Below, piece after piece: positions 1 to 12,869 of a stretch of 64,000 bases of DNA. Location of the stretch: NCBI RefSeq assembly GCF_902459465.1, contig NC_047062.1, forward strand, positions 31,434,001-31,498,000, in the 5' to 3' direction. Below the pieces are notes generated by a model. That model searched no databases. It was given only the letters and a program-made list of their open reading frames with translations, and was not told the origin of the DNA. Source of the stretch: Asterias rubens. Its lineage: Eukaryota. Both the position numbers and the translations under genes were made by a program. Numbering within the stretch: the first letter of the stretch is position 1; every line of letters starts with the position of its first letter.

Positions 1-1159
1 GAATGCAAACATTTCTTAACAGTTTAGAATTTCTGTTACCCCAAAATTCCTCCATTCAAACCATATATTGTGAGCTCTGTGAAATCATGCTTAGTTTGCA
101 ATTCATGAAAGAGCAAGCTTCAGTATTCAATGGGAGATTCGCCTGGTAGCCTATTGCAACCACCTTGGCCCAATTTCACAGAGCTGATTAAGGGCAAAAT
201 TATGCTTACCATCATAAGATAACCATCCAAAATACTACTCCACAAGTGTAATTTGTGACTGGTACACTGATTAGTTTTGCTTAGCAACAAATATTAAGCA
301 TTATTTTCTGCTTAAGCAGCTGTATGAGATTGGACCCTAGTGCTTCAAAGTCTCCCATTGCTGTATTATATGTTTAGTGTGAAACGCAAAGCACACTTTC
401 AGTATGCATGCAAAAATGTACTTCAAAGCTGGCAGAGTCACCTGTTGATGTTTCATCGGCTTAAGTGCTCAAATCTGTCGTAATGTTGAACAATGTTTGT
501 TTTACTTTTGCTACACATCTGTTTTAATCATTACCCATGAAAGATAATCTTGGGAAAAGTACAGTGAAGTCTGCAAAAAGATAAATACAAAACTTGACCA
601 GAATGCTTTTTGTATCAGAACCAAAGACTTTCAATCATCATTTGTAGAGCTATGAAAAGGCGAATAATTTTCCTATATTGGTCTTGATCTATTCTTACAT
701 GTGACCTTTGCCATTACATGTTTTCCAAAGTGCCACATATATAGCAGGGGGCTTCCTGAAGGTCCTCCCCCCTCAAATTTCATAGAGCTGCTTAAGGAGC
801 TTAGCAACTATCTGCTAAGCGAAATTATGCAGGGTACCAGTCACAGTTTGCCCACGTGACATTACACTTTGGCTCAGGCTGGTAACCTTGTTCGTGTAAT
901 CATTTTGTTGCGCTAAAGCAGCTCTATGAAATTGGGGCCATATCTGTATGTATGCAGTTCGGCTCCCATAATGGCAGATCATGGTAGACAGTAGCCAAGT
1001 GCGGCAATAGAGCAAGGGTAGCAAATGTACTCACCAATCACCCAACTTACCTAACTAGTGGTGTACATGTAATTAATCCCCTCTAGTGATATATAATCTC
1101 CTAGTGACGTTGTTAATCTCCTGTAGCTAATCTCCCTCCATCATTAACACTCTCACCAG

Positions 1160-1327
1160 GAGGTTAAGACTCTAAAGGAAGCCCTACAGAAAGAGAAGGG
1201 TCTGACTAAGGACCTTGGCATGGCCGCAGGCAAACTCCAGGCCATGCTGAAGAAGACTCAGGCACTGTATGCAGCTGAGAAGAAAGCTACGTCAGAACTC
1301 AAAGCCAAAGCTGGTATTACGGATGAG
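1160..1327 (+). CDS. RRBP1: Penultimate coding exon of an RRBP1 (p180 ribosome receptor)-like coiled-coil protein
   Basis: ctctcaccag|GAG...GAG|gtcagt, 168 nt, phase 0-0. Encodes EVKTLKEALQKEKGLTKDLGMAAGKLQAMLKKTQALYAAEKKATSELKAKAGITDE, close to the vertebrate RRBP1 C-terminal segment LKERLEKEKKLTSDLGRAATRLQELLKTTQ (recalled). Confidence 0.85.
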
Positions 1328-1458
1328 GTCAGTAGAGAGATTCAAAACGACAATTTTTTATTTATTATATCTTTCTGGTAATGACACCAAAGAACCACTT
1401 AAAAGTGCCAACCCATACGCCTCAAGACTGGCCTGGATCAACAACACGGGGGCTACGG

Positions 1459-1922
1459 AGGCCCTATAGCCCTGATCTTGAGGTTGGCCTTGGTACCTGG
1501 GAGCCCTGTTGCCCTGGTCTTGGCCTTGGTACCGGGAGGCCCTGTTGCCCTGGTCTTGGCCTTGGTACCTGGGAGCCCTGTTGCCCTGGTCTTGGCCTTG
1601 GTACCGGAAGGCCCTGTTGCCCTGGTCTTGGCCTTGGTACCTGGGAGGCCCTGTTGCCCTGGTCTTGGCCTTGGTACCGGGAGGCCCTGTTGCCCTGGTC
1701 TTGGCCTTGGTACCTGGGAGCCCTGGTCTTGGTCTTGGTACCGGGAGGCCCTGTTGCCCTGGTCATGGCCGTGGTACCGGGAGGCCCTGTTGCCCTGGTC
1801 TTGGCCTTGGTACCTGGGAGCCCTGTTGCCCTGGTCTTGGCCTTGGTACCTGGGAGCCCTGTTGCCCTGGTCTTGGCCTTTGTACAGGGGAGCCCTGTTG
1901 CTCTGGTCTTAGCCTTGATACC
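1459..1922. repeat. GC-rich 36-bp minisatellite, about 12-13 copies
   Basis: Unit (t/g)gg(g)agccctgttgccctggtcttggccttggtacc in tandem with occasional indels. Explains the repetitive ORFs at 1381-2081. Confidence 0.95.
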
Positions 1923-3647
1923 CTTCACAAATTTCACATAGACTTTGAGATTTCCCAATGCAAGTTCCCTTTGCAAAATCAGAAAAAGCCTTGCACAATT
2001 ACAGGCCTGTGAAAATACAGGTACAGGGCTGTGAAGGGACAATGTTGAAGGAATATCAGTTTTAGATGTGAGAAGGAACAACTTGGGGAAAACCCATGCA
2101 ATTTATTAGGAACTGAAAAGCCAAACCAAATGCAAAGTTTCAGCAGAGAGGCACGGAAAGAAAACACTTAGGTGGCCAGATTTCCAGTTTAATCAATCTA
2201 TGGTTTCCTAGAGTCGATTTTCTTGTGTGACATCCGGTTTAGACAGGCACTCCAGAGTCGCACCGAACCAAATAGATAAGGAGTGCCTTAGGTCAACCTA
2301 AATGGGTGACATTTACACAAGGTTTGTCTCATGACATGATCGACATCTGAAACCAAGGCGCTCCAGAGTCTTTCTAACTGTTTCACACCTCAATTTTTCA
2401 TGTACTTAATCCACTAATTTGGTTCAGCGCAACTCTCGAGCGTCTGTCTATGATTAATATAAAATTCCTGACTAATCTCATGGGTCTGAAATCCATGATA
2501 CTTGCACAGTACCAGAACCCCTCACCATACTAAAGGCCTCTGCCAAACCTAGGCTTAGTCTCCAGCTCAGCTTAGGCTCCACAATCATGGTTGAAGTAGT
2601 GTGCATTTTGCATATTGCTTCATCGTCAAAAGCAGCCCAAAAGCTGGAGCAGGAGACTAAGCCAAGGTTTGGGATAAAACTAACCAGAGTGACTAGCTGG
2701 AGTGAATGCAGTAGACACATGATCCTACAACTCAAAATACAAAAAGATGATAGAGGTTTAAAAACCACGCCTGGGATCGATTTCACAAAGAGTTAGGACT
2801 AGTCCTAAGGAGATAGAAAAAAAAGGTATGGCTAGTTCTAAGAGATAAGACTTGTCCTAACTCTTTGTGAAATCCACCCCAGGAATTACCTGGAGGCCTT
2901 TGCATCAGCTGCTCATGGTGCTGGCCTCGGTGCCCCTTAAAAAGGTTCCCATAGACGTCAAGGTGGAAGTGCCCTTTGCATATTGAAAATGACCTTGCCA
3001 TCTCGAAGATATTCCAGGCCTGTGAAACGTCATTTGTGTGCTTCTATTGTTACATGTATGTTGGGAAAGGATTGGGGGTGGGGGGGGGGGGGTGAGTGGT
3101 AGTTTTTGTTATGTTCTTTACTGTCTTGAGGCTGATAGGTTGTATTTACAGTGATTTTTTATAGCTATTTTTATTTACGCTGTGGTTTGGATTTTGTAGT
3201 ATAGTTTAAATCTGAAAGCAGACCCTCTTGCTGTGTTGCTAAAAATAATAAAAGCTCTTGTGCTTTGAAAGTTTGCCCATGAAAACGCAGCGGCATGTCC
3301 TTTTGCAAGTTGAAGCATTAAGCTGCTCAGCAGAAACATATTGCTCTAAAAATGTCCTTGCTAATCAAAAACAATGGTGCACCAGTGGCAACAATATCAA
3401 ACTATATGCCTTGTAACATGTTTTTACTTAGCAATGTTGTTCTGTGCAGTCCAAGTTTTTGCGCGTACAAGCTTTTTGCATGCTTTTAAAGCAGAAAATA
3501 CTGCTTGAATTTGTTTCTGCTTAAGCAGGATACCAGTCGTAGGACTGTAGGGCCTACATGTCACATGCTGTTTTGGTGAAAGCATAATTATATTCTGGTA
3601 AGCATAATTTTGTTGTGCTTAGCTACTTTTGTGCTTAAGCAGCTCAA

Positions 3648-3803
3648 TAGACCTTATGCATTGACGTCATCCAGTCGCCATCTTTGAGGTCAAACGGTGA
3701 CGAAACAATCGAAACCATAGATTATAGATTAGCCAATGAACAACCTCTTTTTGACCTCAAGGCTAGGGGCCATACTAAAGTGACGTCATGTGCATGAGGT
3801 CTA
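3648..3803. mobile_element. Small TA-flanked MITE with TGACGTCA in both terminal inverted repeats
   Basis: Left tagaccttatgcattgacgtca, right tgacgtcatgtgcatgaggtcta (imperfect TIR); inner inverted pair ctttgaggtcaaa / tttgacctcaagg. Confidence 0.7.
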
Positions 3804-5362
3804 GGAAATTTGGACCTCGCGATTTCTGTGATTCTCATACAATACCCTGGCTTGATGGTCACAGTAAAGGCTGAGAGTTCATGACAAACATGGTCGAGTC
3901 TTCACACATGTGTGCATAAAAAGACCAGTCCACTATCATGAGTGTAAACCCATTATGGCATTCATAAAAACCTCCACAACAGACTAATATAAAAACACAT
4001 GACGACGACCACATAACTGCATAGTGTGTATTAAAAAGTGTGAACTAAACCCATAATCACAATAATGTATTGCATGAACACACATGGCTGTAACATACTA
4101 TGACCCATGTCTCACTACACGGCTGTCCACACGGACAAGGTACAACATTGATACGCCAAGATTTGTTATTCATTATTAAAAATTCCTCTGTTTTTTTATG
4201 CCTCGAAAATGCCCAATTTTCTTTATACATTGTGAACTAACGTAGCACGCCAATTTGTGGAGTAAAATGTTTGATTCGAACTCTAATGTTGTACTTTCCG
4301 TTGGACTCTCCAGAATGCATGTAATTCCTTTACTCATGCAAACCACTACAAATAACCCTGCATTACTAACATTGACTTTCTTGATTTTAGGAAAATTTAA
4401 AAATTGTGAAATGTTAACTTTATAGGCGCACAATATCTCAGTTTTCTCAGTTGTGAGGCAGAGAAATTTGCTTCACTTTCGCAATGTGAAGTGTGAACCT
4501 TGGCCCAATTTCATGGAGCTGATAAAGCAAAAAAAAACACTAAGCTAAACAAAATTATGCTTACCAGAATAAGGTCACCAGCCAAAATACCATGTTATAT
4601 GAACAATCTGTGGCTGGTATCCTGCTTATTTTTGCATAGCAGAACATTTTGAAGCAGTTACTTCTGCTTCAAAGCAGCTCTATGAAATAGACCGATCCAT
4701 TAGGCTCAGCCCCCGGCGCACAATGCCATTCTGCACAATGATGCAGCGCGTGCCAAGTCGGACTTTATTTTGTAGGACTTTCGGTAGCGCAATGGGTTGT
4801 GATTGGTCAATAAGCAATGGAGCGGAGCTTAATGGATTGGTCTCTTGGGCCCAGGCTTTAGGCTTAATGTCAAGAACTGCCTTTGAGACAGACTCTGCTA
4901 GAGTAGCAATGTCGAACCATTAACCAATTCTATGCATTTATACCACAGGTCATTTTGGTTGTCAGCAGTTGGCAGCAGCTAATTATTTCTTTCTCACATA
5001 TAGCATGAATTACTAACAGTTTTTTGTTGCAGGTCTGATGCTATCCACCTCAAAATGGGGAATATTTTGACGCTAATGCACATGTACATGTAGTGTATGA
5101 GAACATTGAGTGTTGTATAATAGAGTGTAGTTACTGTAAGTTTCATTTTCAGCATGTACGTTTTCCTCCTATTTTCCTTCTTTGATATTTCTTCACAGGT
5201 TCTCAATATTCAGACAAAATGCATGCATCTTATAAGCAGTTGACTACTGAATGAGCATTTGGTATAATAAGTGTAACCAAACCTGATTTTGTTGTATCAG
5301 GCACACTGATGTTATCTAGAGCTAAACAATTGGGTTTTGAGGTGTCACAGAGTGGAGTACTG

Positions 5363-5605
5363 GGCCCAATTTTATAGAGCTGCTTAAGCACAAAATGTTG
5401 CTTAAGCAAAATAATTTTTGCTTAGTAAAATCAGATTACTGGCTTAGACTCCACTCAATTGTTATGCTAAGTAAACAACAGCTAAATACCAGTCCCCAGC
5501 AATGTATAAGGCATGACATTTCTGCCAGTAACATGTGTGAAATAAGCAAGCTATTTTCGAGCTTAAGCACTTTTGTTTGCTTAAGCAGCTCTATGAAATT
5601 GGCCC
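5363..5605. mobile_element. PIF/Harbinger-type MITE
   Basis: TIRs GGCCCAATTT(C)ATAGAGCTGCTTAAGCA ... TGCTTAAGCAGCTCTATGAAATTGGCCC with CTG on both sides. Related copies near 170-335, 778-938, 4502-4690, 12502-12675, 44487-44706 and 59685-59960. Confidence 0.8.
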
Positions 5606-6782
5606 CTGGTGTATTTCGGAGGATATTAAAAGGTCTCTGGCCAATGACACAAGGGGTATTGGGCTTTGTTGGTTCAGAGCCAAGTTTGATGCAAAACTGC
5701 TGATGCAAAACTCCATTGTAATTGTCTGATACCGTACAAGTGAAGAGTCACTGTTTGTGTAAAGCCGAACCACGAAATTAGGCTAAGTTTGCACCAGCTG
5801 GTGTAGGCCTGAAACCCAGGATTCATTCACAGGAAAAGCATTTCCGGAAGTACCTGGATTTGAAAGCATTTATATCGAAAAGCAGATTTGAAAGCAACCG
5901 TCTCTACTCTTCAGATTTGTTGCAAAATGCACCGAGTTTAGACGAGTGTTTGTTTCAATTTGAAAGAAGAGGCGAACAATTGTGGAAATGGCAAAGACCC
6001 GGTCGCTATTTTGTGTGTGGAGTTCAAGGCCTGCAAAAGTACATGTGTTATTGTATGATAGGATATGACAATGTTGTAACAATGTTATAAGTTTTTTATA
6101 GGTGGTGAATTTGTATAGAATCTAGCATGAATGTGTACAGTCTGATATAGATATAGAGCGCTAAAGATGCTTGACTGTCAAAAAAATATAGTAAATGTAT
6201 ATGTGGTGGGCTGCTTGCATTATACTTATATGAGTTTCGCATGTTCTGATTGGTTGGATAAGGCGATGGCAATTCAAATAGACCAATGATGTTACACATG
6301 CACTTGAAAGTGCAGCATTGGCATAGCCGAGAAGAAGGCATACGATTGAGGTGTTTAGCATTCTACATATATTGACCTTTTCTTTTGCTGCATCACTGTA
6401 GCAGGTTTCACCAAACAGTGGTTTACAAAAGGTGTAGGAGGACCTCAGTGCAAAAATATGCAATTGTTCATATAGAATACTGTCTAATCACCTTATCACT
6501 GGTTCAATACAGTCTGTTTGCGTTCTAAATGACTTTCACTGCCCGTTGGCCCACATCCGGATCAGTGACGTCAAGTGGGAACGTTTATGTACAGTCCTCC
6601 ACTTGAGTTCTATATCTATGTACACAGACTGTTTAATGTAAAGCATTCCATGTTAGAGCAGGACTTGCCGGTGGACAGGTTGCGTTGGTTATGGGGGTTA
6701 TGGTTTGTGTGTTTTATGTTTTGGTGCCTGATTAAACCACCCTGGTTGATGACTATTCTCTGTACCCCCGTTTCCCTAACAG

Positions 6783-6854
6783 CAAGCAGAGATAAGTAGT
6801 GCACTGACAGACAGCCAAGTAGAGCTCCAACTGTTAGATGCCGCTGACGAGGAG
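6783..6854 (+). CDS. Candidate cassette exon in the RRBP1 last intron
   Basis: cccgtttccctaacag|CAA...GAG|gtataa, 72 nt, phase 0-0, open: QAEISSALTDSQVELQLLDAADEE. Confidence 0.5.
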
Positions 6855-8181
6855 GTATAATAATCTGGTCCCCTCTTCTGTTCCCCCCCCCCCCTCCTGC
6901 TATGCCGATAGTCTTGCCTGAGAATGAAGCCTTGCTTGCTAGAATAAAAAGCATGAGAGTCATTGTATTAGAATTCAGTCAATGTATCATCAGATAGCCA
7001 TGGGGTTGGAACTGAACGTTTTTAAAGTGTATTTGGGACTGGACCTAAATGATAGGTCGTACATGTGTATGGGTTGGCTGGTTGCCGAAGGCACCCTTGC
7101 ATGCAGACAGCTCCATTACCTTTAGCCACAAATGTTTCGCAGGTTTTCAGCACAGGGTGACTCTCTCGATGTGTTTATTGCAAATTTGGACTGAACCTAA
7201 GTCATATTATGAGTTGATGTGACAGGCTGTTGTAGGCTACCGCGTCGCATGCCTGCGGCTCGACCACCTTAAACTACGAATGTTTTGCAGGTGTTCAGTA
7301 TACTGCAACTCTTCCAAAGTGTTTGTTGCGAACTTGTGATGTGACACCCACAATCAAAGATGACAAAAACAATGAGCTTCTGATGAAACCGCGAAAAAAA
7401 CTCCGCAACAGGACAAAGTATCATAGCAATAATGGTTTTTCTCATCAAGCGTGGCTTTCTCAGGCAAGGCTTTTGATGTGCGTTGGTTTTAACAATGGAT
7501 GCTAGAATTAACCTCATGTAGATTAGATAGATCGATGGAGTTTGATTTTAACAGAGAAAAGTTCTGAAAGTAACTAATTCTAGGGAAGACTTGGTTTTGG
7601 TTTTTTAGAGGGAAATACATCTGCTTTTCCCAACTTTTTTAGACTTGGATTGAAGATTGCTCCAGGCATACTCTGTTTTTAAATTTCCTTTTTTTATTTT
7701 ATACATATTTATAAAAAAACAAGATGATTTTGATACATTTTCTTTAGTAAAAAGTTTTACTGTACAATGTACATGTTTAAAGAAAATGATTTTAGCTTGT
7801 TTTAATACAATTTGTTGTCACTGCTAAAGCACCCCAAAAAAAAAGCCAAATCCAGATACAGTTTTATTTAGTGGAACAGAACAATACCTTAAGGCAAAAT
7901 TCTGATCAACAAAAATTTGGTTTGAAAACTCCTAAGCCATGACTAATGCATTTACGCTCATAAACCGAATACTGGTTAGCCTCAACTCCAAGGAGCTTAG
8001 TCCTACATGTAGCTCTAACTTTGGAAGCAGGGTTGGGAACCAAAGTGTCATGCTTGTTGCCTGTGTAAGGAATCATAGGGATACACTCCTTGTCTGTGTA
8101 GGGAATTGAAGTGTCTAGCTCCTAGCCTGTGTTACGCTCCTTGCTCTCATGGCATATCGGTGCTCTCGTTTCTGTTTGCAG

Positions 8182-8232
8182 AGTGATTCGTGGTGTGTTG
8201 TAGGGGATGATGGAGATATAAGCTCAGCTGAG
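8182..8232 (+). CDS. Candidate cassette exon in the RRBP1 last intron
   Basis: ctctcgtttctgtttgcag|AGT...GAG|gtgcat, 51 nt, phase 0-0, open: SDSWCVVGDDGDISSAE. Confidence 0.4.
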
Positions 8233-8772
8233 GTGCATGCCGCATGCTGCTTTTGTTTGATGCTGATTATGTTAAAAACCGCTTGCACAGTTTTGCACCT
8301 TGCTAGTTTTGTTTCGCTCAAGCTTCTGTTGCTGTTTAGCAAATTGTTACAGTTTTGTTTTATTTTAATTTTGTACTACAACAGTTTTTTTCATCACTTT
8401 GAACAAAGGTTACACAAATCAAGTCTTCCAGAAACTAATTAACACAACATTTGTTTGCCTTGTTTCTTCAAAAATTAGCTGAACAGTTAACATTGTTAAC
8501 GGGATTGTACATCAATGGTAACAAACTTTCTTCATGATTAACAAAATTCAGTTCCAATAAAGGACCGAGAGGGAGAGATATTTTTGTTGAAATGTTCTCT
8601 TCCTTTAGGAAATGGTGACTGGATGTGGCTATGTTATAAAAACAGACATGTACCGCATGAGATTTAGCCGACAAAACATCTGCTTTTGTAATGCCATTAA
8701 AAAAATAACAATTGTTGCATCAGTTTTATTGGGAAAACTCTCACAGCTTTTTGTTTTGAGTCTTGGAATCTT

Positions 8773-8981
8773 ATGGTCAGATCGAATATACATGATGAGA
8801 TTGAATATTCATGATGAGATTGAATACTCATGATGAGATTGAATATTCATGATGAGATTGAATATTCATGATGAGATTGAATACTCGTGATCACAGTGAA
8901 CATTCATGATCAGATTGAATATTCATGATCAGATTGAATCTTTAGGATAAGATTGAATAATCATGATCAGATTGAATATTC
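8773..8981. repeat. 19-bp minisatellite, about 11 copies
   Basis: Unit atgatgagattgaatattc, degenerating toward the ends. Confidence 0.92.
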
Positions 8982-9721
8982 TCTGCCCCAAAAACCATTG
9001 ATGTAGAATCCATTTGCTGTATGATAACAGAGACAACTTCACTAGTAACAATAGAAGCTCTCAGGTGTAATGAGTTGTTTACAAGGGGAGACGTTCGGGA
9101 ACGCTAGTTGGCAGCAGACTTACCAGGTAAATCTAAGTGTGCGCATGTTAAGAACAACGGATACAGTGACAACTTGCCTGGTATGTCGGCTGCTGACACT
9201 GGTGCTCCTAGGGTTTCCCTAATCACTGCAATGGTGTAGATCTAATATACAGTCAGTAGATAAATAACACTAGGGTGGAGGCGTAGTAATATATAGACCT
9301 TTCATTTGTTTCAGAAGAGTGTCATTTATTATGGGCAAATGTAAGTCGACAAACTTCACCTATGCCATCAAAATATTCCACTGAAAATGAAAAAAAAAAC
9401 GATGCAAGAAGGTGTAATATTGGTTTACCAATACATTGTTGTGTGTTGGCACTGTACACTTGGTACTCTTCAGAGTTCTGTGAAAAAATATCACAGGCAT
9501 ATATTACTCAGGTGGGATTCGAACCCACGACCCTTGCAATTCAATTAAGAAGGTGTAAGTTTGAGTACAATGTTTTGTACTGGTGGTTGGAAACGGTTGG
9601 AAATATTTGTTTTTCTTTTTTCGATCACTTAGTCGTTGTCCATATTATGTGGTTGGCAAAAAACTCTGGGTTGACATGGCAAAAGAAAGGTCTGTATTAA
9701 CATTCATTTAGAATTGTAGAC

Positions 9722-9835
9722 ATAGTCATGTGATGATCATGTGATAGTCATGCGATGATCATGAGCTAGTCATGTGATGATCATGTGATAGTCATGTGAT
9801 AACCATGTGATAGTCATGTGATAGTTCATTCGATA
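9722..9835. repeat. 11-bp tandem repeat
   Basis: tagtcatgtga / tgatcatgtga units, about 10 copies. Confidence 0.85.
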
Positions 9836-10764
9836 GTGTTCTTCAAAGACGTAGTGGTAGCATTGTAAACATTACAGCATGTAGTATGTACCCCACAGTC
9901 ACAGGACTGCAGTCGCACCTCAGGGCGAGTGAGTTTCTCCTTGGTTAAGGGTGTTTCAAATATGAATTTTCACTGGGACATTTTCGGGCGCCCAGGCAGT
10001 TTTAGGGCATGCAGGCAAATTTCCCCCTTCTCCCCCCTCCCCTTATTGGACTACAACCAGGGGATGGCACTTGATCACTTGAAATCACTCCCTCTGACTA
10101 CACCCCAAAGGCCCACACTCTACTGCAATGATGGGATCAAATGTGACAAAGTTAATGAATGCCTGTTTAAAGAACTTTGGGCGGGGCGAATGGGGCGCAG
10201 TGTGAAAGAAACCGGATACCTCAGAGTAGCGTTGGGCACCGTGCCTACGGGAGTGTTTGAGAAAGTTGTTTATATGCAGTCTCATTCTTGCACCTTGCAG
10301 TGCATACAAATTAGCATATTGTTTGCCATCTAAGATGTCTATGTTATGTCCAAGCCTCTGTTTGTACCCTTTGTTACACCCTCTCTTGAATGTAAGGGTT
10401 TTTATGTTGTGACTGGGGGTTTTGCCGCCAGTTTCTGGTTGTTGTAGTCATACTAAAAGACTAGTTATTCAAAGGTTCAGATTGATTGGGCTCAAGCACA
10501 TCACTTCTGGTTACATTATTATGTTTCCAACTCGAGAAAAATGGTGTCAATTATTGCTAGTGTATGAGGCATCTGAAGTTTAGATTTATAGCACACACCA
10601 AAACCCAACAATTTAGAGGAATTTATAAAATCATGCATTTCTTATAATAGTTAGTTTATAGCTTTTGCTTTTTCCTTCTTTTTTTTTAAGAGGAAATATT
10701 AATCGAATAACATGTCTGACTTACTTCCCTTTGGGTAAAAATGGCTCATAAAAAGTAGAGTCCA

Positions 10765-11107
10765 TGTTTACCTCGGCTGTTTCATGTTTGGTTTAATACA
10801 GTGAATCTTAGACAGGAAACTGTGAAGACCAAAGACCTTTTGAATAGAAATGTCTCATACAAAGTAGAGTCTAAGTTCTACTCGGCTGTTTCATGTTCAG
10901 TGTAAACAGTGAGTGCTGGACAGGAAAGAGTTAAAACCAAAGGTTGTTACACGGCTGTTTCGTGTTTGGTTTATAATACGGTGAATCTCAGACAGGAAAT
11001 AGTGAAGACCAAAGACCTGTTGGGTAGAATGTCTCATAGTCCAAGTTTTACGCAGCTGTTTCATGTTCGGTGTAAACATTGAATGTCAGACAGGAAACAG
11101 TGAAGAC
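10765..11107. repeat. Diverged tandem duplication (about two copies of a ~180-bp unit)
   Basis: Recurring ctcggctgtttcatgtt...gtgaatct(t/c)agacaggaaa..gtgaagaccaaagacc blocks. Confidence 0.7.
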
Positions 11108-11629
11108 AGTGCGGAGCCATCTCATTGATAAGCAAAAAACCCTCAGGTGGGGTGAGCTTTCTGGGTCAGTGTCAACCGAAGGAGTACCCTGATCAGGTAC
11201 CATTTATATCCTCATTGGGGTCCAATCGGGTACCAGTATACCCTATTTGGGGTATAGCACAGTGAAGGGCACAGTGAACTTCACTGCGACAACCAGAACA
11301 GGATGTGTGGTACGCATCTGAACTGATAACACAACAGTCAGGGCTAGTGTACAATGTAGGATACTAAATAACCCTATATAATCATGTATTATTGTGGATT
11401 TAGAGAGAAGTGGATTTTTTAGAGGCCGAATATTTCTGCGGAATGAAAATCGATTTCCTGGTTTTCTCAGAGGCAAAAAATTTCCGTGGAATAAAAATGA
11501 TTTCCTGGTGCTGCTAACAACAAGAAAGAAAGACAAAAATGTTTGCTCACATTGTCTCACATGACCTGCATGTTTTATAGTTGAAGTAGGTATCTACCAA
11601 ACTGGGTTATCAAGGTGCTGAGAATATAC

Positions 11630-11825
11630 AAACTTCAGAAAGATGAGTTCCGTGACCCAATTATTGTGCAGTGGGTTCTTTAAGTGCATTACAAAACACA
11701 TTGGACCAACAGCTTTACGCCCCGAAGGACGAAGCAATGGTTAAGTGTCTTGCTTAAGGACACACCTGTCACGGTATGGGATTCAAACCCACACTCTGCT
11801 GATCAAAAACACCAGAGTTTGCAAA
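11630..11825 (-). mobile_element. tRNA-derived CORE-like SINE, partial
   Basis: Reverse complement of the 32369-32790 family (ggttaagtgtcttgcttaaggacac; gggattcaaacccacactctgctgatca). Confidence 0.8.
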
Positions 11826-12869
11826 GCATTGCCTATTTGTGTACCTGCCATTCCAAATCGCCAAAAGCCAAACAGAGGAAATAGCACGCAAACCCCAACA
11901 CCCAATTCCTCAAAATGGAGCACCTTAAATCACTGACTCCCACCCCCATACCCTCACCACTCCACAGCAACCAGCAACCCCTACTACCCACACCCGTTGA
12001 ATGTATACGCCCAGGTCACTAGGTATGCACTGCCTAATCACCCAGAACTGTTCAACACCAACCCACACAATCACCACCACTATGCACTTCACTCATGTCT
12101 CACCCCAATCCCACATGTTCACATAATGACCACTTTGCATCTACATGTATCTACACAGGTTCAAAAGTACTTGTTGACGTTCAAATTTTAAACTAACGGC
12201 TTTGAAAGAAGCTTTTTTTTGTGAAGCAATAACTTATTTTGTGTACAAGATTGGGTTGCCAAAGTGTTCTACCTACAATCTGGATGCACTCACACTATGT
12301 TCAGTTGGGTTTTTGAATCGTTAAAGGGGTTGTGTCGTCACAATCAAACCAGGCTTGTGGCTGTACCTGGAATTATGAACTCTCACCCAGTTACTGTACA
12401 TGGTATGGTTTTGGCATGGTAAAGCACCATGGTTTTGGAGGGAGGGTGTGGGCATGCCAACTCAGTGAGAGTTCATTTGTCCATGTTCAGTAACAGGCAT
12501 TGGCCCAATTGTATAGACCTGCTACTTAAAAGTAGACAAGTTTGCTTACGAGAATACTAGTCAAAGTTTGCACATGTGACATCGTACTTTGGCTGGTAAT
12601 CTTATACCCGTGGTAAGCATAATTTTTGTTGTACTTAGCTACCCTGTGTGCTTCAGCAGCTCTATGAATTTTGGCCCTGTTTTGATTTTGACGACATGGG
12701 TCTGCTTTGATAACGACGACACAGCCCCATTTTGGCTTGTTTTAGCTGCTGAGCGGCTCCTTCCAAGCCCTACAAGATTTGTATGGAAGTCGGATTTAGT
12801 CCAGACAGAAGTGTAATGCAGAAAAATCTTTCTTTCACTGATGATCCATTTATTTTTTTCCACTCGCAG

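Noticed and set aside
1381-2081. Four overlapping 144-205 aa ORFs with Cys/Pro/Trp or KAKTRATG repeats
   Set aside because: They are translations of the 36-bp minisatellite in several frames; indels shift frames mid-array and there is no splice support.
9055-9126. 72-nt phase-0 exon candidate with CAG|gtaaat donor
   Set aside because: The only in-frame acceptor (aacaatag) has no pyrimidine tract.
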